A stretch of DNA of 64,000 bases from Phallusia mammillata. Its lineage: Eukaryota. Below, piece by piece: positions 26,378 to 42,895 of this stretch (positions are counted from its first letter, which is position 1; every line of letters begins with the position of its first letter). The notes under the pieces were generated by a model, which saw only the letters and a list, made by a program, of their open reading frames with translations, did no database searches and was not told where the DNA came from. The translations under genes and the position numbers were made by a program. The stretch lies in the NCBI GenBank assembly GCA_965637545.1, contig OZ281500.1, forward strand, positions 7,316,001-7,380,000, read 5' to 3'.

Positions 26378-30954
<4,577 letters not shown>

Positions 30955-32023
30955 ATGTCACAGCAAAATGAACACAAGACCCTAAATAGCACAGTTAACA
31001 GTTGGTTTGACAAAATTTGCACCTGTGCAAGAAATAACGGTAGTTTGTTAGTTTTGCTTTGATTTCCATTTATCCTTTGACTGATTTCATGTTCATGGGC
31101 TTTCCTCACAAAGCTATTGCCTGTGGCAAAGGCAAAATCTACACTGGCGTAAATGCTAAATGACTTGCAAGTGAATAAACCTAATTGTTGGACTTTCAAC
31201 TTTGAAAGTAGTCGCTTACCCATAACCTTTCTGCCCTAAATACTAAAAGGTGTAATCACCAGCACTTAACAGTCACCAGCCGCCGAACTCGAACTCACTT
31301 TATCCAACAATGAGCAGATCATGAACTCGCAAATCATAACAACACCCCAAAATTTAATATATCCTGGTCTGCAGGGTGCGATATTCGATCTTTTTTTCTT
31401 TTTTAGAAGCCTTAATTAGTGTCACTGTCACCTGTGTTGTTCCACTAAAGACGAACAATTTAAGCAACAATCCATGAACAACAAAAGGGTTTTCAAACTG
31501 GTGCTGCAAATATTATGTTAAAATCGAAAAACTTAATGAACAGAAAGCGGATCACACTCACCCAAAAAGAAATAAATTAAAGAAGACTTGTTTTCGACGT
31601 CAAATACAAATAAGGGGTGTTGTAGCAAGTACATTAGGTAATATCAACAAACTCGGTCCAAATCGCATTATCGTTGTAAAAAAACTGTCAAAACTGCTTT
31701 AATTCTCACTTCGCTTTCAGGCTCTGAAACTACGCGGTTTATATAGGGTCTGTCGCGAACGAGTCGCACTCCTTCTTCCACCAGCCTTTTTCGTTGGTCT
31801 CTGTGACTTTTTTAAAGAATAAAATGGTTGGTTTGAAGCAAACTCTCTCACTACGTTCATCTTGCGTTTCTTACACGGCACCGGACAGAATGCCTTCTTT
31901 CTTTTCTTCTCTTCAAATGTGCCGCGTTCGACCAACAAGTCGTCAATGGTCTCTGCTGCCACTTGTCTTTGATAGTAAAAAATCTCATTGGTGACACCAA
32001 GCGAGTAGAAAGTGTGTTTTTCA

Positions 32024-32521
32024 CAGGGAGTCGAACCGCTTGTCATATGGGTTCAGGTTCGGTTCGGGTTCACTTGGTTTTGTTTTTAAGGGTTCGGGTT
32101 CGGTTCAGGTTTTTAAAAATGTATATTTTCGGGTTCGGGCAAAGTATCCGGTCCGAACCGGTTTGCGGTTTTCAAACCGGTTCAATTTTTTCGTTTTAAT
32201 TTAATTCTACCCATCCTACCTGTCCTTATCAAAATCCAAAGAATTTTGCCCGTGCACTGCTATTTTTGAAACGCCCTGTAAGTGTTATCTCATGTATTCT
32301 TTAGTACGCTGTTTTTAAAAAAATCATAAAATATAAATCAGACTGCATTTTTTACTGGTTCGGTTCCGGTTCGGGTTCAACGCCAAACAAAATATAGGGT
32401 TCGACTCCGGTTCGGGTTTTTAGAAAATCGTAATTAGCGGTTCGGGTTCGGTTCGGGTTTAATGATATTAACCGCTCAAACCGGTTCGCGGGTTCGGGTT
32501 CAGTTCCGGTTCGACTCCCTG
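32024..32521. mobile_element. hAT-type MITE, 498 bp, with subterminal GGTTCG repeats
   Basis: 15 bp perfect TIR CAGGGAGTCGAACCG / CGGTTCGACTCCCTG; perfect 8 bp TSD GTTTTTCA (32016-32023, 32522-32529). Confidence 0.95.
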
Positions 32522-33225
32522 GTTTTTCAGAAATACAACAAAAGCTATAAACTCGTGGAACGTTATAGCCACCAAGCTCGCCATCTCACGGACAGTGCGC
32601 TTTTACTTACGTTTTTTAAATTGGTTTCAGTGCCTGATTTTGTATTGGTATTAGTTTACTATCTTGGATACTCAAGAGTATTCAATTTTGTAACTTACCA
32701 ACATCTTACAAGACGAGTTTCAGATGATCAATTCCTGTGTTTTAAGTTTTGGGGCAACCATCCACTTAAAATGATAAATAATGATAACAGAACGGTTTCG
32801 CATACACGTACAAATTGTATTGTCGAGACACGTTTGATTTGTACGTTCACCATTAATGTCCGATGATTTAGTGTCACACAACGCGCATTTGTGTTCTAAT
32901 AAATTGCCACAAAAAGCGCTAGAGACTGAATTTAGCTCTTAGCCTATACACATAGACAACTATTTTATTCAGGGGAAGCTCTTGTATGTAACAGACATTG
33001 TTTGCTATTTTGGAACACCTCTTGCACTAAAATACAAAATTAGATTTGTACGCAGATTTGAATGAGGGGTGAGTTTGTATGAAACATTTTTCGTCTTTAG
33101 CAATTTACATTTTTTTATGATTATGTCAAAGTCTTCAAACGTTTGACAACATCATTGTAATATGTTAGCCAAAGCAAAAAAAGTTAAAAGCACCATTGTC
33201 CTGGTAATTTGGCAAATTCTTGTAT

Positions 33226-34447
33226 CGCATTTTAAATTAGATGAAAAGCTTTTTGTCCGTCCCCGGGTGTTTTACCACGGGCTTTGGGAAAAAACACCAT
33301 TGTCCTGGTCATTTGGCAAATTCTTGTATCATTTTTTGTGAAAATTGTGTCTTTGTAATATAATACGTGTTAATCGAATTTGCTGAGTCGAATACCGCAT
33401 TTGAAAGGTTCAATTATTATAGATAGGTACGACATAAAGGTTCTGCTTTCTGTTGTGTGAAACATGTTTAAAAAACAACAATACGACAAATATAAATGTT
33501 TGACTTTTCGACGAAAGTAATTTCGGAGCTACAGTTGAAAACATATAACTTACATCATATGCCGCCACTCGAATCATTTCGTACATCGTCGTTAGAACCT
33601 GGCTATGAAGTTTTAGTTTGCAGCATTGATTGATTCTAAATATGTGCAAGGCAAGCACCATATTTTGCAGCAAGAACCTTTTCGAACTGAAAATTTGATA
33701 TTGATGCATTTGCATGTGAAAATTTCGAAAACTTACTGTGTCGTTTCGAATTTCGAGTCAAACAGTGGGCAACATGCGCGCAGATTACGTTTCATGCTTT
33801 CGGGCTTCGCTAATGACAAAGCTTCCGGTCATCGAGTTGCGCCGTTAAGCACGCTCGGGCTCAACCGCTTGCGTGCATTGCATTCTGCCCAGCGCGCACC
33901 GGTTGTAGACGTCACTTTTACGGCTCGTTTAAAAAGGCATTTGCTGCTAGCGGGCGGCCAGAATAGCCCTGAGCGCGTGCGCCGTGCAACCAGCCATCAG
34001 TCGTGGATACGTTTTCCAGCGAAGCCCAGGTGGGACAATGGTGGAGCGATCCAATTCAAGTTTAAGGGCAGTAAGTTTAGCAATGCTTGATAGGGCCGTT
34101 ATGAACGATACCACTGCTATTGCTGGTTCTGCACAAAACGACAGCGACACAAGACAGGATTATGATTATCCGCTCAAAGACTTTGATATTTGGAAGCATT
34201 ACTTGAGGCCAAGTCACGCGGAATGGTTCGTCATCTCGTTGTACGTGATTGTTTTTGTCATTTCCATCGTCGGCAACTCACTTGGTAAGGAAAACTATTT
34301 TTGGATTATGTTCATCTGGTCGTTAGTGGTAGTATTGTTAAGGGTCGTTTGTCAAACCGATCTTGCGCATTTTAAATTAGCTGAAAAGCTTTTTGTGCGT
34401 CCCCGGGTGTTTTACCAAGGGCTTTGGGAATATACATTTTCCTGATC
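33226..34447 (+). repeat. Two direct copies of an approximately 80 bp repeat (33226-33309, 34366-34447) bracketing exon 1 of the orexin receptor
   Basis: gcattttaaattag.tgaaaagctttttgt.cgtccccgggtgttttacca.gggctttgggaa is present in both; the first copy is also flanked by a partial tandem repeat (caccattgtcctggt..tttggcaaattcttgtatc). Confidence 0.85.
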
Positions 34448-37400
34448 GCTGTATCAAGTATCTATAATCGATGGGGATCATCAATGAATATAAATCGCTC
34501 AAATGACACAACAGGACCAATAACATGCAACAAATCGATTGATTCATGTTTTCTTGTTCGATAATTTGTTGAAAATGACAGTTTGGTTTTAACTCTTTGA
34601 TATACGGGGACAGTTTACATTTTTTTCTCGGATTGAAGCTGTTTCCAAATAACGTATATGCTACACAGAAGTTCCGAATACAAATCATTCTATATTCGTT
34701 TTATGTGGACCAACTGTAAAGCGGAAAATTAAGCCGCTATTAGTTGGAATGAAAACGCGAAGTCACATTGCCGCCTGCGGAAGGCTTAAGACGCGCTAGG
34801 GTTCTCTAATCTAAATCATGCAGCCTCTATTTGCGGCGTAACATAACGACACACATATGTACGCGAATGACCGGGTGACGCAGAAAATTGCAATGCGACC
34901 GAGTAACAGGCTGCAATTAAACGAACGTCATAAATATTGCGTAACTTGTTTTGGTACCTTGTGCCACAAAGCTGGCTTATACTTGAGTTATTAGAACGCC
35001 ATTCTCAATCCCCGAGGGAATTTTACAATTGTTTGTTTTTCTGCTTTGCAATGGCGTGCAACCGAATTTAATGTCAATCGTTTGGCGTTTATGTGAAAAA
35101 CGCCTGTTAAACAAATCGCACGCAAAATGCTTAGTGTTTTGGTCTTCTTCTGTTTAAATAAATATTCGATGACTAAACAACTTTTTGCGTAACACAATTG
35201 CGTTGTGATGGTATATAGTTTGTAAGTGCTAATTAGCCAACATAAAATGCAGTAAAAAGCTATTTGTTGGTCCTGTGCAGTTACATGAACCTCGGTCTTG
35301 CCTTAAGCAGCATCACGCCATTGTTCTGATGTCGATCATATGATTTATACCGGGTCCGCCACTTGTGTTTTGTCGCGCAGTGGTGGCGTACATTCTCCGC
35401 CGAAAGCATTTGCACACCACTGTGAATTACTTCATGCTGAATTTGGCGCTTGCCGACGTACTGGTGACGATTATTTGCCTCCCACCAACCATGATGGTCG
35501 ACTTTCTCGAGTCCTGGCTTATGGGACGTTTCCTCTGCAAGCTTGTCCCTTTTTTGCAGGTAGGAATTAACCCACATAAAGATCTTAGTGATAAAACAAC
35601 CTGTTTACAGGACAGCAGAAAATAAATTTAATTAATTCGTGTTTCGACCATTGTAGTTATTGAGGCGTTTTGCCCTGCGGAAGATGCATGGAATAGAAAA
35701 ATGTATCAAAATAAACCTTTGATCATGTTCTGATTATAAACAGATATTGGTGGATTTATCGTCGTATTAATAAGCGAAATAATCCTGGCCCAGTATAATG
35801 ATTTTTTGTGAAATTTGAAAATTTAATGAAATTTATTATGTTTCTTTGTCTGTATGCTATCTGTCTGTTTCAAAACCCTAGAGTCCGGTATTAGTCACAA
35901 AACTGCAACAATCCGATATGCAAAAGGTTGCCATAAACCGCAATCGTTACCATTGGCACAAATCCTACATCATGTCTGCATAAATATTCAAAAACATACG
36001 ACCATATTTATATGTGACCATAATGATATTCCTATGTACAACAGATGACTGTCACTCTTGTTTCCTCTCTTACCCTTGGTGCAATTGCTGTAAATCGATG
36101 GTTTGTCGTTTGTCATCCACTGAGGTGCAGTACTTTTCACAAATCCTCAAAGTCAGCTGGCATGGTGATGGCCGCAATTTGGCTCTTCAGTCTTTCAACG
36201 CTTTGCCCTGTTGCATTCTTTAACGAGCTAACACCTGATTTTGAGGGTTATGAGGAATTGTCTTTGCTGATGTCCTGTGGAGAACACTGGCCAAGTAGCC
36301 TACAGACTTTACAAACATATTTTTTCCAACTTAAATTATTAAAACACCTTGCAGTTACATCTTGTTGTTGTTCTTTTTTTTGAAAATAAATGCATGCAAA
36401 TATAAAGTTGAAAATGTTGCAAAAATCTTCTACACTAATTTAAAACGTACAAAATAGGAACTGTTTTATAATAATGTTTTGTATTTCAGCATTAACCTAT
36501 CAGGCAGCGTTTCACACTTATTACGTCACAGTCGGATACGCTCTACCGCTTTTCATTCTGGGTGTGACTTACACGAAAGTTTTCAAGGCTCTTTCACGAA
36601 AAGAGGTGATTTAAATACGAAGCAAACAAGAAAAATAAAAATGGAAAACTGTTTTTTGTTCATTTTAATGTTGCATAATGACATACGAAGGTTAAGGAGT
36701 ATTATTGTCTTAAAGTAAGCCCAAATCACTTTGTTGAGGGTTAATGTTGTATTACCGTAGATACGAACTATTAAAAAAATTGCATACATATAAACCCTCT
36801 AGGATGTAATCAAGTGGGTTTTGACCTCTTTGACTGACCCTTGTCATGGTAGAAACATGAAGTGGTTCCTAACTAATCGATCACATATCAATGCCTGTGA
36901 CTAAGCCATGTTTCCAGGACATTTACCAAGTTCAATTTATAAACCGCAAGGATTGACGTTGTATGGCGAGACAGTCTTCAACATTTATCCATGTTGTCTA
37001 GATTCCTGGTTTTTCGTTGGCTGGACGATCCAACTGCAAGTGTAGCGACGTCGAAGCAAGACGAACAAATGACAATCTTGCCAGCAGTCGATTACCGGTA
37101 TAACCCAATATTCTGTTTGGCATTGTGTCGATGTGTCTCTCTGTATATGCTGTTGGCACGCCACAACCGTATGTCTAATTAACCTTGTAACTTCGTGCGG
37201 TGGCCATAATAAGATAAGCAGTGATCAGGTGCTACGGGATGAAGAAATAATGCGTAACCACGTTAGGGCTGTCACGTAAAGCAAGACACCAGGCTAACAC
37301 GCACAATTAGGTGCCAGCCTGCAAAAATGTGTGCGTTAACGTAATAATGAATTTATAAGTGAGCAGTGGAAAAAACACAAAAATTTACCAGTCAAAACAA

Positions 37401-40400
37401 AAAAACTCGAAAATTGTTTTTAATTTTACATTTTTTAAAAGAAAATCCCGTTACCAAAATAAACGCGCATTCATATTTTTAAAACACACAATGGGTCACA
37501 ACATTATTTGGCTGCCGTTCCCGGTGGGATACTACGCTCAGACATGGGGTCGAATACAGGCGTCCTGTATTCGAATACTTTACGAATACCTGCATGACTG
37601 TATTCGAATTCGTGAATACTTTGGTAATTTTTGAGTGACAGCAATTCGAATGGTATTCGAATAAAACGAGTCAAGTATTTGTATTCATGAATTGTTGACC
37701 AAACTACAATGACCAGTAATTCGAATACTATTCGATTAAACCAAGGCATGTATTCGTATTCATGAATTCTACGCACTTTTTGAAGTTCGGCAATTCGAAT
37801 TGTATTCGAATAATGCGAGTCAAATATTCGTATTCACGAATTGTTTCGTAATGTTAAGGTGGCAGCAATTCGAATTGTATTCGAATAAAACGTGTCAAGT
37901 ATTAGTATTCATGAATAGTTGACCAAAAAACAACAACGTGTAATTCGAATACTATTCGAATAAACCCCAAGCGTGTATTCGTATTCATGAATACTTCGTC
38001 CTTTGTGAGATGTAGCAATTCGAATTGTATTCGAATTAGTAGTTCTAGTTATTTGTATTCACGAATTGTTCAGTTGTTGTGAGAAGCAAACAATTCGAAT
38101 AGCATTCGAATGCACCAATTCGGATATTTGTAGTTGCGGAAAATAAAAGAAAAAGGCGCCCCGAAACTTAAAAGGTATTCGATCAAAAGGTAACATGGGT
38201 TTATGAATTGCAAATTTATTGGTAAAAATGTAAACGAACGAGCTTTTTGTTGCCACATTAGCTTGACTGATTTAAGTCTCCGTTATATAAATTTCACCAA
38301 ATTTACATGAGATGTTTGCTTCATGAACACGCTACACCTGTCATGTGCTGAGAACAACCCAATGTTGCAAGCTTTGTAACACAATTCCATTTATGTAACG
38401 TCACAATTAAACTTCTATGTGTCATTGTTTCGTAACATGAACGAAAACTTGTCAAAACAGGTCACCTTCACTGCCAATTTGAATTGTAGTCGAATCTATT
38501 TGGCAAAAATGTGTAGCAAAATATTCTCGACTACTCCTAGTCTGGAGATATTTGACAATTCGAATTGTATTCGTAAAAATGTAGTCATGTATTCGAATTT
38601 ATGTATCTTACGTTGCCAAAGGCTGACAACAATTCGAATTGTATTCGTAAAAATGTAGTCATGTATTCGATTTTGAAAATTGTTACGTAACCACTGGCTG
38701 ACAACAATTCGAATTGTATTCGTAAAAATGTAGTCATGTATTCCATTTTACGAATTGTTACCTTGTCAAAGGCCGACAACAACTCGAATTGTATTCGTAA
38801 AAAATATCGTGTATTCGAATTCGCAAATTCTTAGGTTGCCAAAAACCTACAACAATTCGAATTGTATTCGAATAAATTTACCCAAGCTATTGTATTCGTG
38901 AATTGTTGGTTCAAAAGATAACATCAACTATTCGAATTGTATTCATGTACCATCGAACGAAAGCCAAAATTATTCGAATACAGCACGAAGGTAGCAAAAC
39001 CTGTATTCGAATGCATTCGAATACGAATGACGAATACGAATTGCCCCATGTCTGACTACGCTTGCTCGAGGTTGTAATGATTTATTGTGGAGAGAATTCA
39101 AAAGCGTACAGAATCGATAATAGAGAAATACAACCCAAATGCAGACTAACACTGATTTAGAATATTCTGCTTTGTGGAGCTACAAATGATGATGAACGCC
39201 TTTTTTATTTTTGGCAGTTGAACTCGGCGTCTTCCATTATCAGCAGCGTCACAAGCAACTTATATGAAAGACCGCCGTCATTTACCAAAGGTAATAATTT
39301 AAATCAAAAGTAAATATACGTTAAGTTGGTCCCATTTTTCCTTGTTAACCTTGCGTGCCTTTCTTGTTTTGGCAGAGGCAAGACCTTTGGTTCAAACGCG
39401 GCGAACATCTTCCATGACACGACGTATCAGAAGACGCATCTCTCTGGCAAAATCTGACAAAATTGTTTGTCGTAAATGTTCAGCGAAGGTAAAACGCTAT
39501 GTGCAAATAATAACAACGAAAAAACACCCTTCAGACGAAAAAAAACCTAATATTTTTTGGATTTGCTCGGCGCTTCCAAACGGCATTTACCGGCTCAGCA
39601 AATCACCAGGCATTTAATTTGCATACACCGCAAATATCAAAAAATTAATCCATTAAATTAAGACAGAAACACGCATCAAATCATTAAATTCATATCCAGC
39701 GAGCTGCTTTTCTTTCCGTTAAGAGTTGAACTATCACGTACCAATTATTATTTTTATCGATTGTGAGTCATGTATATACGAAGTTTACACACATCACTTC
39801 GATAAGCTGGCAGGTAAAATTAATTTGGCACTTTATTGTTTAATTCCTTTCAGATGTTCACCAGATTACAGGATAAAGCGTTTATTGAAGAAGGACCCTC
39901 GCGTAAACTTCTTTCTTACGTGCACATTTTTAAAGAAAATTAAAACTCGAAACCGCAGTTGCCTTGATACGGGCATAAATATTTAAAACTGGATATTAAT
40001 TATTAATACTTAAGTGAGATACCCAATTATTCACTAAAATCTCATCTAAAGGAATTTGTAAACTCAGACATGTCAAAACAACCTTTAAAATTTTCGAGCT
40101 CTACGAGCCATTTGCTTCCATTGTTGGTAGAACTATTTTGCATCTCACGTGACTTACAGATCATGCTCATCCATGCGCGGAAGAAAAGTGCCCGGATGCA
40201 AGTTGCTCTCATCGTCGTCTTCGGTCTTTGCTACGCTCCTGTCATGATCCTAGATCTTGTACGAAGGTAAAATGACCTGTAATACTTTAAATCTACTATT
40301 AGTTTAAGCATTCTTTTTTACAATTAAACATGATTATTGCTCTACAAAGCCCTGTCGTTCTGGTGGGCAAAACGTCAGCATAATTGCAACTTTTTAAAAA

Positions 40401-41905
40401 ACGACTAGTAGACCAATGTTGTTTATACCATTACACTAGTTAATCGACAAAAGTGTTAAATGGGCAACATTGTGAAGGCGAAACGCTTGTTCATTAGCTT
40501 TTTACATATACATTAATGTACTATTGTTTCTATTTGTTATGAATGTAACAGTATTTTTATGTTTTAAAGTTTGTATTAATTTTCACCTTTTGTGGCAGCT
40601 ACTTAGCAAACGTTGACTTCATACAATAACAAAGATACTTTGTCCTTCCGATTTATCCACGTTTAATGGCATGGTCCTGTGGTCTACAAATAATAATGTA
40701 GCAGTACGGTATTATCTGATATCTGCGTACATGATGACCCGATTACAATCGTTCCAACATAAACTTAGCCACAGTGTCTAAATGTCAATGCACTAGGGAC
40801 ATACGTACCAGAGAAAACATGCTTTATGTCAGACATGCTCGTATAACAGAGAGATAATAACATCAAGAATAACTGACATATCTGGCCCTATAATCAGATA
40901 TTATATAGCAGTGGTAGCAGATGTTGTAAGGTAATTTATCCTGTTTCTTATACCATATTCCATATCGGGCAACTTGGTAAGCTTATTTCTTTTTTTAACA
41001 TAACTGAAAACCAAATCTAGTTATTTCGTTATGACCAGTTTAATACTTAAAAAGTATTTTTATTGACTTCCATTACACCATATTAGTTCACGATTTCGTT
41101 CGATAGTACAAATCTAAAATCAACATTTTACACTGTCAGCAGCAGCACAGACTAAGTATAAATTTAAACCATACTTCCACAAGAGACACACAATAATTGT
41201 ATTAAATATTTCACAATGTTCTGAACAACCAAATCTACCTTTCAACAGAGCCTTCGGGGGATTCGGCTCAGTTAATCGCGGAACGATCTACTTTGTCTTT
41301 GCGGTTGCTCACCTGTTAATGTACCTCAACAGCGCCCTCAACCCCATCATCTATAACTTCTTTAGTGGTAAGTTGCTTTAGCTCTAATATTTGCCTTGAA
41401 GTCGTTTTCTTTTAGCGCATACTTACGCAAGAATATAATACCCATAGTCATTGCGGCCAAAACTATCGTGTCTATCACATGTTATGTCCAATACGCAATG
41501 CCACAACAACGCGGTCGAAATTATACCTTACTTTATGTTATTCAGAAAACAATTGAAAGATGTGAAACAGGCAAATCAGCTAAATAGGCATATATACCAC
41601 TTACTATGTGTGTATGTATTTACATAATGGTGTGCAACTAATAGGTATGGCATGAATTTGGGACAATTAGGGTATAAATCAATATCCAGAATGACAGACC
41701 ATACTTTCTTACAACAGCAATTAAATATTTATTTGCATTTTCCACAGCTCAGTTTCGAAGAGAATTCCGTTCCACGTTTCGGTGCTTCCAAACATCAAAT
41801 GATAATCGACAACACACAACTCACCATGCCACTACGGGAAATTATACCCGCTCGGTGTCGCTGCAGAGCATATCCAGCCCTTCAAGACGGAGCACCAGAC
41901 GCTAA
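34038..41905 (+). CDS. HCRTR: Orexin/hypocretin receptor-like class A GPCR; exons 34038-34284, 35381-35559, 36045-36294, 36490-36605, 37002-37097, 39218-39290, 39376-39488, 40160-40266, 41249-41367, 41748-41905
   Basis: YLRPSHAEWFVISLYVIVFVISIVGNSL, NYFMLNLALADVLVTIICLPPT, LCKLVPFLQ, IPG, ARKKSARM..FGLCYAP, AHLLMYLNSALNPIIYNFFS follow OX1R/OX2R; intron positions resemble vertebrate HCRTR; phases consistent. Start codon choice uncertain. Confidence 0.88.
37539..39054. mobile_element. Non-autonomous hAT element, 1516 bp, carrying two internal minisatellite arrays (about 60 bp units); in HCRTR intron 5
   Basis: 11 bp TIR CAGACATGGGG / CCCCATGTCTG; perfect 8 bp TSD ACTACGCT (37531-37538, 39055-39062); repeated AATTCGAATTGTATTCG cores at about 37570-38110 and 38530-38950; no transposase ORF. 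Confidence 0.93.
40356..40493 (+). repeat. Interspersed repeat copy related to 9018-9146
   Basis: Shared termini cgttctggtgggcaaaacgtcagca ... aaacgcttgttca and colinear interior. Confidence 0.65.
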
Positions 41906-42895
41906 AACCTTACCAAAAAACAGCAACATATTTCCGTTTCTGCAAATGCGAATGCGAAAATACTAAACTAAATAACTACGATTTTTATGGGACATGAATC
42001 ATATTGTTTAAATAAATTACCCGGTTCCCGAACAGTTTACTTCCAAGAGATTATATTATTCTAATTTTTAAGGATTTTTATTACACCACTATGTTAACAG
42101 AAAATATATGGCGTAAGATTTCTGAATTATTTATTTATATGTCTTATTTTTTTGTTTCGTTGTTATTGATGAAAAAGTTGTTTTGTTGTACTGTGTGCTG
42201 ATGTTTATCGTCTACTGTGGTTAAAATGTCAGTAAATTACATATTTAAATATACTTGTGAATATTTTGATAGAAATCCTTCGTTCGCATTAAAATACTTA
42301 ATCATAAGTTTATCGTAATTAGTAATTCCCTGCACTCAAATTTTTAAAATGTAACTTACGTTATCAATGACGTCATTAGATGACGTCCACGTTTTCGCGT
42401 GCTTAGTTTTTATCGCATTTCCAACCAGCTGTTTCTAATTTGTTTGCGCGAGGTGCAAAGACAGATAACAGATGGATGAAGTTTTGTTATAAAGCGGTCT
42501 GTTTGGTACTTTGCACCCCACAACACAATGTGTGCCAGCCTCAAAGGATACACAGAAAAGGAAAAGTGTTCAGTCACATAAATACCTTAAATAACAGCAG
42601 TAGATGCCAGTTTATAAGCTGAACAACTTTTTATTGAAAACCAGACACTGTAGCTATATGTCGGACTATTTCAGTCTCCCAGCGTACTTGTAAACAGGTA
42701 CAATTTAATAACAAGATGTTAATGTTTAGTGCAAAGCCAAGATAGACAGAGGGAGAAACCTGTTTTTTAGGCTGTATTCTTGGCTTTCGATTAGAAACTG
42801 CGAAAACAAAATTATGTGATAATTATTATCTGAAATTTTCTTCCTAAAATAGAAAAATTAAGAGTTTGGTCAAATACTATCTGCACAAAATCAAA

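Noticed and set aside
31717-32866. ORFs running through the hAT MITE as a transposase remnant
   Set aside because: Translations merely reflect GGTTCG repeats; no BED finger or DDE motifs.
37539-39054. Regular repeat array as a possible CRISPR array
   Set aside because: Eukaryotic intron; units are degenerate with related inter-core sequence rather than unique spacers; enclosed by hAT TIRs and TSD; no cas genes.
40356-40493. Paired CTGGTG..AAAACG motifs as dimeric hammerheads (also 9018-9146)
   Set aside because: Core deviates at invariant positions and there is no room for a credible stem II.
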